Source of the DNA: an uncultured Lacisediminihabitans sp.
GTDB taxonomy: Bacteria; Actinomycetota; Actinomycetes; Actinomycetales; Microbacteriaceae
Assembly (NCBI GenBank): GCA_966212465.1
Contig: CBIHRK010000002.1
Coordinates: 28,806 to 92,805, forward strand
Reading direction: 5' to 3'
DNA: 64,000 nucleotides
The notes beneath the pieces are model-generated. The model made no database searches. It worked only from the letters and a program-made list of their open reading frames with translations, and was not told the DNA's origin. The translations under genes and the position numbers were made by a program. Positions 11,225-21,022 of the stretch are shown here, piece by piece (within the stretch, counting starts at the first letter, position 1; the number at the start of each line of letters is the position of its first letter).

Positions 11225-11403
11225 CCTGCGGTCGCGTCCATGCGGGGACGACATCGCTGCCGCGGTACCACCCCGCTTGCAACCTCGTGAGAGGAGCCAC
11301 TCTGTACTGGTCCGGTTCTAATGAGCCCGAACTGCCGCGAATGCTCGCGGGCCCCGGCCGTTCTTCCGGCGACTCCCCGGTGATGGCCGGATCGCTGTCG
11401 TTG
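11225..11403 (-). promoter_or_regulatory. Actinobacterial translational T-box riboswitch (Ile)
   Basis: Minus strand: ultrashort stem I GATCCGGCC-ATC-ACCGGGGAG with AUC specifier (11382-11384), GGAAGAACGG, T-box GGGTGGTACCGCGG (11260-11273), GCGGGG/CCCCGC pairing; TAGAAT -10 at 11410-11415. Confidence 0.92.
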
Positions 11404-11441
11404 ATCACGATTCTAGCGGATGCCACACGGCCGCCGCCCGT

Positions 11442-12086
11442 TCACAATGCCCGGCCGAGTCCGTTCCGCACGACCTGCATCGCCCGCTCGATGTACTCGG
11501 TGAATGCGGCGCGCTCGGCACCGTCGCGCGCCCAGGTCATGCCCGCGGCGGAGACGGCTCCGGCGATCATGGTGGCCGAGACCGCGACCAGCAGGTCTCC
11601 CTCCGGGCGCCCCAGATCCTTGGCCAGGAACGAGGTGAGGATGTCGGCCTGCCGGGCCAGGATCCGCAGCCGGGCGGTGCGCACCTCCGCCGCCACTCCC
11701 ATCACGTCCCGCTGGGAGACGGAGAGCGGCACGTGTGACGTGCCGAAGTCCTCAAGGCTGCGCACGAGCGCCCCCTCGATCGCGTCGAGCGCATCCGGCT
11801 CGGTGGCCACGGCGAGTTCCTTCTCGAAGCGATCCAGCGCCTGGTCGAGGTCGAGGAACAACAGGTCGCCCTTGGCGGCGAAGTAGTTGAAGAACGTGCT
11901 CCGGCTCACGCCGGCGCGCTGGGCGATGTCGTCGATGGTCGTGGCGCTGAAGGTCTTCTCGATGAAGAGCTCGATGCCGGCCTCCTCGAGGGCGGCGCGA
12001 GACGAGGTCCGAGGGCGACCCGGTCCACGGTGGCCGGATGCTGCGATCTCGGCCATGTCGACCGTAGCGGCTGCGGTGCGAGGCAT
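11442..12086 (-). CDS. TetR/AcrR family transcriptional regulator
   Basis: TTIDDIAQRAGVSRSTFFNYF HTH; start uncertain (12086 or 12057). Confidence 0.9.
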   Translation of the reverse strand: MPRTAAATVDMAEIAASGHRGPGRPRTSSRAALEEAGIELFIEKTFSATTIDDIAQRAGVSRSTFFNYFAAKGDLLFLDLDQALDRFEKELAVATEPDALDAIEGALVRSLEDFGTSHVPLSVSQRDVMGVAAEVRTARLRILARQADILTSFLAKDLGRPEGDLLVAVSATMIAGAVSAAGMTWARDGAERAAFTEYIERAMQVVRNGLGRAL

Positions 12087-12176
12087 TGGGAATCTTTTCC
12101 TGATCGGTACGTTGGGAATACTGCTCCACCCATTTTCCTGCACTCAGTCCACATATTTGTAACGAAAGTCTGACAA

Positions 12177-13532
12177 ATGACTACAAACCCGTCCGAAACC
12201 ATAGGCGCCGACCGAGCAGGCCGTGCACGACGGGCGGTGTGGGCGTCCTTCGTCGGCACGTCCCTCGAGTCCTACGACTTCTACGTGTTCGCCTACTTCA
12301 GCGCGATCTTCGCCGCTCCGCTGTTCTTCCCCGAGCAGAGCCCGGCGACAGGGCTCATCTCGGCCTTCCTCGTGCTCGCCACCTCGTTCATCGTGCGGCC
12401 CATCGGCGCCGTGCTCTTCGGCCACCTGGGCGACCGCATCGGCCGCAAGCGCACGCTCATCCTCACCATCACGATCATGGGCGTGGCCACGGCGTTGATC
12501 GGCGCCCTCCCGTCGTTCGCCACCATCGGCATCCTGGCCCCGATACTGCTCACCCTGCTGCGCGTGATCCAGGGCCTCTCGCTCGGCGGGGAGTGGGGCG
12601 GCTCGATCCTGGTCGCGGTCGAGCACGCGTCACCGCGCAAGCGCGGGCTGTACGCGGCGCTCCCCCAGCTCGGTTCGCCCGTGGGCACGATTCTCACCGG
12701 TGCGCTGTTCCTGGTGCTCTCGGCCACACTCAGCCCGGCCGACATGCTCGCCTGGGGCTGGCGGCTGCCGTTCCTGCTGGCGCTTCCGCTGCTGGCCGTC
12801 TCCCTCTATCTGCGTCTGGCCATCGACGAGACGCCGGTCTTCGAACGCATCGTCGAGACCGGTCGTCGGCTCCGGCTGCCCGTGCTGCAGGTGCTCGCCA
12901 AGGAGCCGGTGCTGGTGATCATCGCGATCGGGGCGGCGCTGCTCGGAATCGGTTCGTACTCGCTGATGAACACCTACACGATCGGCTACGGCGTCTCGGT
13001 GCTGCACTTCTCCTACCAGCAGCTGTTCACGGCCACCCTCATCGGCAGCCTCCTGCAGCTCGTGACCATCCCGCTGTTCGGGGTGCTCGCCAGCCGCATC
13101 GGCTCCGCCCGCGTCGTGGCCATCGGCGCGTTCGGAACGCTCCTCATCGCGTTCCCGATGTACTTCCTGCTGCAGTTCGCGACCTTCCCCATCCTCGTGG
13201 CCACCATGATCATCGGCGGAATCCTCCCCACTCTCTCGTGGGCCGGGCTCGGCGGGCTGATGGCGGATCTCTTCGCGGGCCCGAGCCGCTACAGCGCACT
13301 GTCGATCTCGTACAGCATCGCGGCCGTGGTGTCCGGCTTCATCCCGGCCGTCACCGCCGGCCTGTCGCAGGCCACGGATGCCGCGTGGTGGCACCCCGGC
13401 GTCATCCTCGCCACGATCTCGCTGCTGACGCTCGTCGCGTCGGTCGTGGCGGCACGGATCGCACGGAACCGGGCCGCCGACGCGTCACCGATGGTGGACA
13501 CTTCGCTCACCGAGGCTTCCGCGGTTCGCTGA
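12177..13532 (+). CDS. MFS transporter, MHS (ProP/ShiA-like) family
   Basis: GTSLESYDF, FGHLGDRIGRK, QGLSLGGEWGG; about 12 TM helices. Confidence 0.92.
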   Translation: MTTNPSETIGADRAGRARRAVWASFVGTSLESYDFYVFAYFSAIFAAPLFFPEQSPATGLISAFLVLATSFIVRPIGAVLFGHLGDRIGRKRTLILTITIMGVATALIGALPSFATIGILAPILLTLLRVIQGLSLGGEWGGSILVAVEHASPRKRGLYAALPQLGSPVGTILTGALFLVLSATLSPADMLAWGWRLPFLLALPLLAVSLYLRLAIDETPVFERIVETGRRLRLPVLQVLAKEPVLVIIAIGAALLGIGSYSLMNTYTIGYGVSVLHFSYQQLFTATLIGSLLQLVTIPLFGVLASRIGSARVVAIGAFGTLLIAFPMYFLLQFATFPILVATMIIGGILPTLSWAGLGGLMADLFAGPSRYSALSISYSIAAVVSGFIPAVTAGLSQATDAAWWHPGVILATISLLTLVASVVAARIARNRAADASPMVDTSLTEASAVR

Positions 13533-13582
13533 CCCGCCCGTAGGATGGCGCCGACGCGGCTACTCACACGATCGGGGCGACG

Positions 13583-14260
13583 ATGAGCGACGACACTCCC
13601 ACTGTGCGGTTCGACCAGCAGCCTCCGGCGCCGGGTTCCCCGGGAGCCGGAGGCCCCGGTGCGGGAGGCCCGGTTCCCGGGGGTCCCGCACCCGACGAGC
13701 CCGGCAAGGGCCGCCCCAGGACCCTGCTCATCGTGCTCTCGATCGTGGGCGGCGTGCTGCTCGTCGCGGTGATCGTGCTGCTCGCCCTCCTGTTCGCACG
13801 AGGATCGGGCACGACGCCGACCCCCACCCCCACCGCGACCTCGCAGACCCCTACGCCCACCCCGACGCCCAGCGCCACCCCGAGCCCGACCCCCACGCCG
13901 AGCAAGACGACGGCACCCCCGCCGAGCACGGCGCCGACGATCGGCTCGTTCACGATCAGCACCCGCACGGTGACCTGCCCGGCGTCGAGCAGCGATCCGG
14001 CGCCCACGCTCACCTTCAGCTGGACGAGCACGAACGCCTCGACCGCGTTCTTCGGGGTGGACACGAACGACGCCTCCATCGCGCCGTACTTCACGAACCT
14101 TCCGCCCAACGGGAGCACGGCGAACTTCCCGGACCAGCAGACGAACAACCCCTTCGAGTACTCCTGCCCGAAGGCCCAGCACACCTACACCATCACGGTG
14201 GTGGGCAACGGGCAGAAGGCCAGCCAGACCATCACCGTGACGAACAACGGGAAGCAGTGA
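13583..14260 (+). CDS. Hypothetical single-TM protein with Pro/Thr linker and extracellular Cys-pair domain
   Basis: One hydrophobic helix, (TP)n linker, beta-rich C-terminus with two Cys; stop overlaps pdxH start. Confidence 0.75.
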   Translation: MSDDTPTVRFDQQPPAPGSPGAGGPGAGGPVPGGPAPDEPGKGRPRTLLIVLSIVGGVLLVAVIVLLALLFARGSGTTPTPTPTATSQTPTPTPTPSATPSPTPTPSKTTAPPPSTAPTIGSFTISTRTVTCPASSSDPAPTLTFSWTSTNASTAFFGVDTNDASIAPYFTNLPPNGSTANFPDQQTNNPFEYSCPKAQHTYTITVVGNGQKASQTITVTNNGKQ

Positions 14261-14907
14261 CCATGACCGACTCGCTCAGCGCGCACAACGACTACGGATC
14301 GGAGAGCCTGACCGAGTCGGAGGTCGACCCCGACCCGTTCACCCAGTTCACCGGGTGGCTCCGCCACGCCGAGGCCGAGGGCGTCTACGAGCCCAACGCG
14401 ATGGTGCTCGCCACCATCGACCCCGATGGACGGGCGAGCGCCCGCACGGTGCTGCTTCGCGCCATCCGGCCCACCGGCATCGAGTTCTTCACCGACTACG
14501 GCTCCCGAAAGGGCCGCGCTCTCGCGGCGAACCCCTCGGCGAGCGCCGTCTTCCCGTGGTACCGACTCCACCGACAGGTCATCTTCTACGGCGCGGCGTC
14601 CCGCGTCTCGGCCGAGGAGAGCAACGCCTATTTCGCCTCTCGACCCCATGGATCGCAGGTCGCCGCTCTCGCGAGCGAGCAGTCGCAGGTGATCGGCGGC
14701 CGCGACGCGCTGGAGGCCCGGGTGCGCGAACTGGAGGACGAGTACCCCGACGGCTCGACCGTTCCCCGGCCTTCCGACTGGGGCGGATTCCTCCTCGAGC
14801 CGCAGCAGATCGAGTTCTGGCAGGGGCGCACGTCGCGGCTGCACGACCGGATCAGGTACACCGCGCAGCCCGACGGCTCCTGGCTCGTCGACCGGTTGCA
14901 GCCCTGA
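14257..14907 (+). CDS. pdxH: Pyridoxamine 5'-phosphate oxidase
   Basis: EPNAMVLAT, RTVLL, FFTDYGSRKG, IEFWQGRTSRLHDR. Confidence 0.95.
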   Translation: MTMTDSLSAHNDYGSESLTESEVDPDPFTQFTGWLRHAEAEGVYEPNAMVLATIDPDGRASARTVLLRAIRPTGIEFFTDYGSRKGRALAANPSASAVFPWYRLHRQVIFYGAASRVSAEESNAYFASRPHGSQVAALASEQSQVIGGRDALEARVRELEDEYPDGSTVPRPSDWGGFLLEPQQIEFWQGRTSRLHDRIRYTAQPDGSWLVDRLQP

Positions 14908-15003
14908 GGGGCGCGCCCGGGGTCGGGTAGAATCGAGGCATCCTGACACTCAGGCACCTCTCCACGAACACGGTGCCGCACATATCGAACCGAAAGCGAC
15001 ACC

Positions 15004-17553
15004 ATGCCCGCAAGCCTGCCCGAGAAGCCCGCCCTCGAAGGACTCGAAGCCAAGTGGGCACCCGTCTGGGAGCAGCAGGGCACCCACCGGTTCGATCGTG
15101 AGAACGCGACCCGCGAGAACATCTTCTCGGTCGACACTCCTCCGCCCACGGCCTCCGGCAGCCTCCACATCGGCCACATCTTCAGCTACACGCACATGGA
15201 TCTGGTCACCCGGTACCAGCGCATGCGCGGCAAGACCGTCTTCTATCCGATGGGATGGGACGACAACGGCCTGCCCACCGAGCGCCGGGTGCAGAACTAC
15301 TACGGCGTGCGGTGCGACCCGACGCTCCCCTACGATCCCGGGTTCACGCCCCCGCTGGACGGCGGGGAGGGCGCCTCGTCGAAGGCGGCCGATCAGCTGC
15401 CCATCTCCCGACGCAACTTCGTCGAGCTCTGCGAGCGGCTCACGGCGGAGGACGAGAAGCAGTTCGAGGCGCTCTGGCGCGACCTGGGGCTGAGTGTCGA
15501 CTGGTCGCTGACCTACCGCACCATCGGCCCGGAGGCGCAGCAGGCCGCGCAGCGCGCCTTCCTGAGGAACCTCGCCCGCGGTGAGGCGTACCAGGCGGAT
15601 GCCCCGACCCTGTGGGACATCACCTTCCGCACGGCCGTGGCCCAGGCCGAGCTCGAAGACAAGGAGCAGCCCGCCGCCTACCACCGGCTCGCATTCCACG
15701 CCCCCGACGCCGACGTGTTCATCGAGACGACCCGCCCCGAACTGCTCCCGGCCTGCGTGGCCCTGGTCGCGCATCCGGACGACGAGCGATACCAGCATCT
15801 CTTCGGCACCACCGTCACCACCCCGCTGTTCGGCGTCGAGGTGCCCGTGCTCGCCCACCACCTCGCCCAGAAGGACAAGGGATCGGGCATCGCCATGATC
15901 TGCACCTTCGGCGACGTGACCGATGTGACCTGGTGGCGCGAGCTCGCGCTGCCGAATCGCACGATCATCGGGCGCGACGGCCGAATCGTGCTCGACCCGC
16001 CCGACGTGATCGAATCGGATGCCGCACGCGCCGCCTACGCGGAACTCGCGGGCAAGACGGTCTTCAGCGCCAAGGCGAGAGTGGTGGAGCTGCTGCGCGA
16101 GAGCGGCGAGCTCATCGGCGACCCCAAGCCGATCCAGCACCAGGTGAAGTTCTTCGAGAAGGGCGACAAGCCCCTCGAGATCGTCTCCACCCTTCAGTGG
16201 TACATCTCGAACGGTGCGCGCGACCTCGCCCTCCGCGACACGCTGCTCGCCCGGGGCACGGAGATCAACTTCGTGCCCGAATTCATGCGCGTGCGCTACG
16301 ACAACTGGGTCGGCGGGCTCACCGGCGACTGGCTCATCTCACGCCAGCGCTTCTTCGGAGTGCCGATCCCCGTCTGGTATGAGCTGGACTCGTCGGGCGA
16401 GCGCGCCGGCGTCATCGTCCCCACCGAGGACGCCCTGCCGGTCGACCCGTCCTCGGCGACGGCGCCCGGCTACGACGAGAGCCAGCGGGGTGTGCCCGGC
16501 GGCTTCGAGGGCGAGCTCGACATCATGGACACCTGGGCGACCTCCTCGCTCACGCCCCAGATCGCCGGCGGCTGGGAGCGCGATCCCGAGCTGTTCGACC
16601 TAGTCTTCCCCTATTCGCTGCGCAGCCAGGGGCAGGACATCATCCGCACCTGGCTCTTCTCGACCGTTCTGCGCGCCGAGCTCGAGCACGGCTCGGTGCC
16701 GTGGCTGAACGCCGGGATCTCCGGCTTCATCGTGGATCCGGACCGCAAGAAGATGTCGAAGTCGAAGGGGAACGTGGTCACGCCCGGCGCGATCCTCGCC
16801 GAGCACGGCTCTGACGCCGTGCGCTACTGGGCCGCCTCCAGCAGGCTGGGCACGGATGCCTCCTTCGACCCGCAGAACCCCAAGCAGATGAAGATCGGGC
16901 GCAGGCTCGCCATCAAGGTGCTCAACGCGGCGAAATTCGTCTATTCCTTCCCGGCGGCTGAAGCCGATGCGACCCCGACGGAACCGCTCGATCTCGATCT
17001 CCTCGCCGAACTCGACGCCGTGACCCGAGCGGCGACGGCGGCATTCGACGACTTCGATCACGCGAAGGCGCTCGAGACGGTGGAGCAGTTCTTCTGGGTG
17101 TTCTGCGACGACTACCTGGAGGTCGTGAAGGAGCGCGCTTACGGGGCGGGCTCGCCTGCGGGTCAGGCCAGCGCGGTGGCGACCCTCCGACGCGCGATCG
17201 ATGTGATGCTGCGACTCCTCGCGCCGTTCATCCCGTTCGCCACGGAGGAGGTCTGGAGCTGGACGCACGACGGGTCAGTGCACCTCGCCGAATGGCCGGT
17301 CGACGACCCGACGAGCGAGTCGAACGGCTTGAGGGCCCTCGTGAGCGAGGCGCTGATCGGCATCCGGCGGGCGAAGACCGACGCGAAGGCCTCGCAGAAG
17401 ACCGTGGCGCTCAGCGCGACGATCACCGGCCCGTCGCTGCTCGCTCTCGCCGCCGACGACCTGGCTGCGGTCGGCCGCATCCGCGACCTCACCGTGGCGG
17501 AGGGCGACGCGGTCGCCGTCACCGACATCGTGCTGGAAGAGCAGGTGGACTGA
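15004..17553 (+). CDS. valS: Valine--tRNA ligase
   Basis: DTPPPTASGSLHIGH, MGWDDNGLPTE, KMSKSKGN; TAGAAT -10 near 14928. Confidence 0.96.
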   Translation: MPASLPEKPALEGLEAKWAPVWEQQGTHRFDRENATRENIFSVDTPPPTASGSLHIGHIFSYTHMDLVTRYQRMRGKTVFYPMGWDDNGLPTERRVQNYYGVRCDPTLPYDPGFTPPLDGGEGASSKAADQLPISRRNFVELCERLTAEDEKQFEALWRDLGLSVDWSLTYRTIGPEAQQAAQRAFLRNLARGEAYQADAPTLWDITFRTAVAQAELEDKEQPAAYHRLAFHAPDADVFIETTRPELLPACVALVAHPDDERYQHLFGTTVTTPLFGVEVPVLAHHLAQKDKGSGIAMICTFGDVTDVTWWRELALPNRTIIGRDGRIVLDPPDVIESDAARAAYAELAGKTVFSAKARVVELLRESGELIGDPKPIQHQVKFFEKGDKPLEIVSTLQWYISNGARDLALRDTLLARGTEINFVPEFMRVRYDNWVGGLTGDWLISRQRFFGVPIPVWYELDSSGERAGVIVPTEDALPVDPSSATAPGYDESQRGVPGGFEGELDIMDTWATSSLTPQIAGGWERDPELFDLVFPYSLRSQGQDIIRTWLFSTVLRAELEHGSVPWLNAGISGFIVDPDRKKMSKSKGNVVTPGAILAEHGSDAVRYWAASSRLGTDASFDPQNPKQMKIGRRLAIKVLNAAKFVYSFPAAEADATPTEPLDLDLLAELDAVTRAATAAFDDFDHAKALETVEQFFWVFCDDYLEVVKERAYGAGSPAGQASAVATLRRAIDVMLRLLAPFIPFATEEVWSWTHDGSVHLAEWPVDDPTSESNGLRALVSEALIGIRRAKTDAKASQKTVALSATITGPSLLALAADDLAAVGRIRDLTVAEGDAVAVTDIVLEEQVD

Positions 17554-17777
17554 TGCAGCTCGGAACACGCTGGCCGGTCGGCGGAGAGACTCCTCCCCGA
17601 CTGCCCGACACGATCGCCGCCGCCGTGCGCGCGGTCGAGACCGAGCTGATGGACACCGACGTCTCGCAGTGGCGCTGGACGCTGACGTGGCTGGAGGGAC
17701 GGCCCGTGGTCGAACTCGACGACAGCACGACCATCCGGTTGGGCCATGACGGGCAGGCCGTCGTCACTGCGGGATGA
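17553..17777 (+). CDS. Small hypothetical protein (74 aa) coupled to valS
   Basis: TGATG overlap with the valS stop; MQLGTRWPVGG...WRWTLTWLEGRPVVELDD reads like a real globular protein. Confidence 0.7.
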   Translation: MQLGTRWPVGGETPPRLPDTIAAAVRAVETELMDTDVSQWRWTLTWLEGRPVVELDDSTTIRLGHDGQAVVTAG

Positions 17778-17790
17778 TCCGCGGGTGGTG

Positions 17791-17882
17791 CCGATGAGCG
17801 CCGCCGGAAGAGTCTGCGTGGAGCGGCTCGTGCACAGGAGGTGGCGCTAGGACGCCGGTGCTGCACCGGCGACGCTCATCGG
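17791..17882. repeat. Intergenic inverted repeat (REP/terminator-like) between convergent genes
   Basis: CCGATGAGCG (17791) and CGCTCATCGG (17873) flank an inner GCCGGTG/CACCGGC hairpin. Confidence 0.4.
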
Positions 17883-17895
17883 GGTCGGTGACGGG

Positions 17896-18201
17896 TCAGA
17901 AGACCCGGGCTGCGATGCGCAGCGACGCGTGCGACTGCGCGTCGAGCTCGCGCTCGACGAGGTAGCGACGACGATGCTCGTCGAACCCCACGGATGAACG
18001 CACCGCCCGCCTCTGCGCCCACAGCAGCATCGCGACGCTGAGTCGCATCACCAGGCGGTCGAAACCGTGCGGCCTGGCGCCGTTCGCCAGCGGGGCGTCT
18101 GCAAGATGGGCGTCGACGAGGGGTGCGGCGGCTCGCGGCGTGCTGGTCTGAATGGTGTCGACTGCGCCCTCGGCGCGGTCGAGAACGGCTGCTGAAGTCA
18201 T
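17896..18201 (-). CDS. Hypothetical protein
   Basis: ORF with a GAGAGGAAGAGG SD-like run upstream; follows the HTH regulator. Confidence 0.6.
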   Translation of the reverse strand: MTSAAVLDRAEGAVDTIQTSTPRAAAPLVDAHLADAPLANGARPHGFDRLVMRLSVAMLLWAQRRAVRSSVGFDEHRRRYLVERELDAQSHASLRIAARVF

Positions 18202-18270
18202 CACGATCACCTCTTCCTCTCTACTGAAACTACGGTCGACCACCGACAATCCGAGCGGCGTCGACATGGT

Positions 18271-18909
18271 CTATTCGTCTGCTCCGGGCTGAGCCGACGG
18301 GGTCGGTGTTCCACCGGGAACGGGGAACGAATTGAAGTGGATCTGCACGGGCCGCGCGCCGGGCTCGTCCCGTCCGCGATGGCGGTCCACCCAGGGCTGG
18401 ATGGTCGACTCGAAGAGCGTGCCGAGCTCGGCCAGCTGAGCCTGGGTGAGGCGCAGGTTGATGGTGGTGACGCTGCTGACATCCGTCCATTCGGCCGGGA
18501 ACTCGTCGTACCCGGTGCGCAGGAATTCGTTCAGCAGGCCCTCGGAGTGCTCCTGAAAGTGCAGCGCCACGAGTTCGGTGACGGCCCGGCCCACCGGGTC
18601 GGCCACGGTCTCCCTGTGGTCGACGGTGATGCCTCCCGGAGTGCGTTCCCACCAGCGCTCGCGGGCATTTCCGCGACCCTCGACCTCGCGCACGAAGCCG
18701 TGCTTCTCCAGCTGGCGCAGGTGGTAGCTCGTCGCCCCGCTGGACTCCCCCAGCCTCTCGGCCAGGCCGCTCGCGGTGGCGGCGCCGAAGGTCGAGAGCT
18801 CGTCGAACAGCCGCAGACGCAGGGGGTGCGCCAGCGCTTTGAGCGATTCGAAGTCGAGGGTGCGATCCCGCCGCACCTCGACCTCGGTCGTCTCCGTCTG
18901 TTCGTCCAT
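18271..18909 (-). CDS. ArsR-like winged-HTH transcriptional regulator
   Basis: LKALAHPLRLRL...ATASGLAERLGESSGATSYHLRQLEKHGFV. Confidence 0.88.
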   Translation of the reverse strand: MDEQTETTEVEVRRDRTLDFESLKALAHPLRLRLFDELSTFGAATASGLAERLGESSGATSYHLRQLEKHGFVREVEGRGNARERWWERTPGGITVDHRETVADPVGRAVTELVALHFQEHSEGLLNEFLRTGYDEFPAEWTDVSSVTTINLRLTQAQLAELGTLFESTIQPWVDRHRGRDEPGARPVQIHFNSFPVPGGTPTPSAQPGADE

Positions 18910-18911
18910 GG

Positions 18912-18971
18912 TGCAAAGATAGCATTGCAAAGCATTCTTTGCAAGCTAACTTTTGCAATCAGACCTTTGCA
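18912..18971. promoter_or_regulatory. Operator array of TGCAAAG half-sites in the divergent regulator/dcp promoter
   Basis: Perfect TTGCAAAG-catt-CTTTGCAA at 18925-18944 plus TGCAAAG (18912), CTTTTGCAA (18950) and CTTTGCA (18965). Confidence 0.7.
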
Positions 18972-18991
18972 TTCGGGAATAGGCTGGAGGG

Positions 18992-21022
18992 ATGGCTGAC
19001 TCCAATCCCTTCTTCGAACCCAGCACCCTCCCCTACGGCCTGCCGCCGTTCGCCGAGATCCGTGACGAGCACTACCTCCCCGCATTCGAACGCGGCATGC
19101 AGGAGCAGCTCGACGAGGTGCGCCGCATCACCGCCCTCGACGAGGAGCCCACCTTCGAGAACACGCTGATCCCGCTCGAGCGCTCCGGCCGCGTGCTCAC
19201 CCGGGTGGCCACCGTCTTCTTCAACAAGAGCTCCGCCGACAGCAACGACTTCACCAACGAGCTGGAGGAGCGGATCGCGCCGCTGCTCGCCGCGCACGGC
19301 GACGCCATCCAGCTCGACGCCGAGCTCTACCGCCGCATCTCCGCGGTGCACGAGCAGCTCGACGAGCTCGAGCTCGACCCGGAGTCGCGCTACCTCGTCG
19401 AGCGCTACCACACCGAATTCACCCTGGCCGGCGCCGGGCTAGATGACGCGCAGAAGGAGACGCTGCGCGACTACAACCAGCGGCTCTCCACCCTCACCAC
19501 CCGGTTCGAGAAGAACCTGCTCGCCGACACCAACGAGCTCGCGGTCGTCATCGACGACGTGCGCGAGCTCGACGGCCTCGGAGCCAGCGAGATCTCCGCC
19601 GCCGCGGAAGCCGCCAAGGAGCGCGGGCTGGACGGGAGCTACCTCATCACCCTCGTGCTGCCCACCGGGCATCCCTACCTCGATTCCCTCACCGACCGCG
19701 CCGTGCGACAGCGCGTGATGGCGGCCTCGCGGGCGCGGGGCAGCCGGGACAACGAGCACGACAACCGCGAGCTCGTGCTCGAGATCGCCCACCTGCGGGC
19801 GCAGCGTGCGCGTCTGCTCGGATTCGAGAACCACGCCGCCTTCGTCACAGCCGACGAGACCGCCAAGACGCCGCACGCCGTTGCGGCGCTGCTCGGACGG
19901 CTCGCGCCGATCGCCGCGCGCAATGCGCGCACGGAGCAGGCCGCGCTGGAGACCTCGGCCGGGCATCCGATCGAGTCCTGGGACTGGGCGTTCTACACCG
20001 AGAAGGTTCGGCAGGCCACTTACGACGTGGACACCGCCGCGATGCGCCCCTATTTCGAGGCAGAGCGCGTGCTCCGCGACGGCGTCTTCTTCGCCGCGCA
20101 GCGTCTTTACGGCATCACCTTCACCGAGCGACCGGACCTCGTCGCCTACCACCCCGAGGCCCGCGTCTTCGAGGTCCGCAACGAGGACGGCTCGGCGCTC
20201 GGGCTCTACGTGCTCGATCTCTACACCCGCGACTCGAAGCGCGGCGGAGCGTGGATGAACGACCTCACGAGCCAGAGCACCCTGCTCGGCACCGATACCG
20301 TCGTCGTCAACAACCTCAACGTGCCGAAGCCTGCCGCGGGCGAGCCCACGCTGCTGACCTACGACGAGGTGAACACGTTCTTCCACGAGTTCGGCCACGC
20401 CCTGCACGGTCTCTTCGCCCGGGTGACCTACCCGAAGTTCTCCGGCACCAACGTCTTCCGCGATTTCGTGGAGTTCCCCAGCCAGGTGAACGAGATGTGG
20501 ATGCTGTGGCCCGAGGTGCTGGAGAACTACGCCGTGCATCACGAGACGGGCGAGGCGATGCCGAGCGACTTCGTAGAGCGCATCCAGGCGTCATCCGCCT
20601 TCAACGAGGGGTTCAAGACCAGCGAATACCTCGCGGCGGCGATGCTCGACCAGGCGTGGCACACCATCACCGCAGACGACACGGTCGCCGATGTCGCCGA
20701 GTTCGAGGCGGAGGCGCTCGACTCCTTCGGCCTGGCGAACCCCGCCGTGCCGACCCGGTATTCGAGCCCGTACTTCGCCCACACCTTCTCGGGCGGATAC
20801 GACGCCGGCTATTACTCCTACATCTGGAGCGAGGTGCTCGACGCCGACACGGTCGAGTGGTTCAAGGAGAACGGCGGCCTCACCCGCGCCAACGGCGATC
20901 GGTTCCGTGAACGCCTGCTGGGGGTGGGCGGCTCCAAGGATCCCCTGGCGGCCTACCGCGACTTCCGCGGTCGGGACGCGGTGATCGAGCCGCTGCTCGA
21001 ACGCCGCGGCCTCAGGGCGTAG
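18992..21022 (+). CDS. dcp: M3 family metallopeptidase (peptidyl-dipeptidase Dcp)
   Basis: FFHEFGHALHG zinc motif, DFVEFPSQVNE, GYYSYIWSEVLDAD. Confidence 0.93.
   Translation: MADSNPFFEPSTLPYGLPPFAEIRDEHYLPAFERGMQEQLDEVRRITALDEEPTFENTLIPLERSGRVLTRVATVFFNKSSADSNDFTNELEERIAPLLAAHGDAIQLDAELYRRISAVHEQLDELELDPESRYLVERYHTEFTLAGAGLDDAQKETLRDYNQRLSTLTTRFEKNLLADTNELAVVIDDVRELDGLGASEISAAAEAAKERGLDGSYLITLVLPTGHPYLDSLTDRAVRQRVMAASRARGSRDNEHDNRELVLEIAHLRAQRARLLGFENHAAFVTADETAKTPHAVAALLGRLAPIAARNARTEQAALETSAGHPIESWDWAFYTEKVRQATYDVDTAAMRPYFEAERVLRDGVFFAAQRLYGITFTERPDLVAYHPEARVFEVRNEDGSALGLYVLDLYTRDSKRGGAWMNDLTSQSTLLGTDTVVVNNLNVPKPAAGEPTLLTYDEVNTFFHEFGHALHGLFARVTYPKFSGTNVFRDFVEFPSQVNEMWMLWPEVLENYAVHHETGEAMPSDFVERIQASSAFNEGFKTSEYLAAAMLDQAWHTITADDTVADVAEFEAEALDSFGLANPAVPTRYSSPYFAHTFSGGYDAGYYSYIWSEVLDADTVEWFKENGGLTRANGDRFRERLLGVGGSKDPLAAYRDFRGRDAVIEPLLERRGLRA

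Noticed and set aside
66-11886. Very long antisense or alternate-frame ORFs (66..2891, 7867..11886; likewise 24392..26986, 38936..40378, 54263..56968)
   Set aside because: Shadow ORFs of real genes caused by high GC3; Arg/Gly/Ala-rich with no motifs.
13810-13930. ACCCCCACC/ACGCCG low-complexity repeats
   Set aside because: Ordinary Pro/Thr linker of a membrane-anchored protein.
14908-15003. T-box upstream of valS
   Set aside because: Leader is too short and lacks the GGTGGnACC motif.
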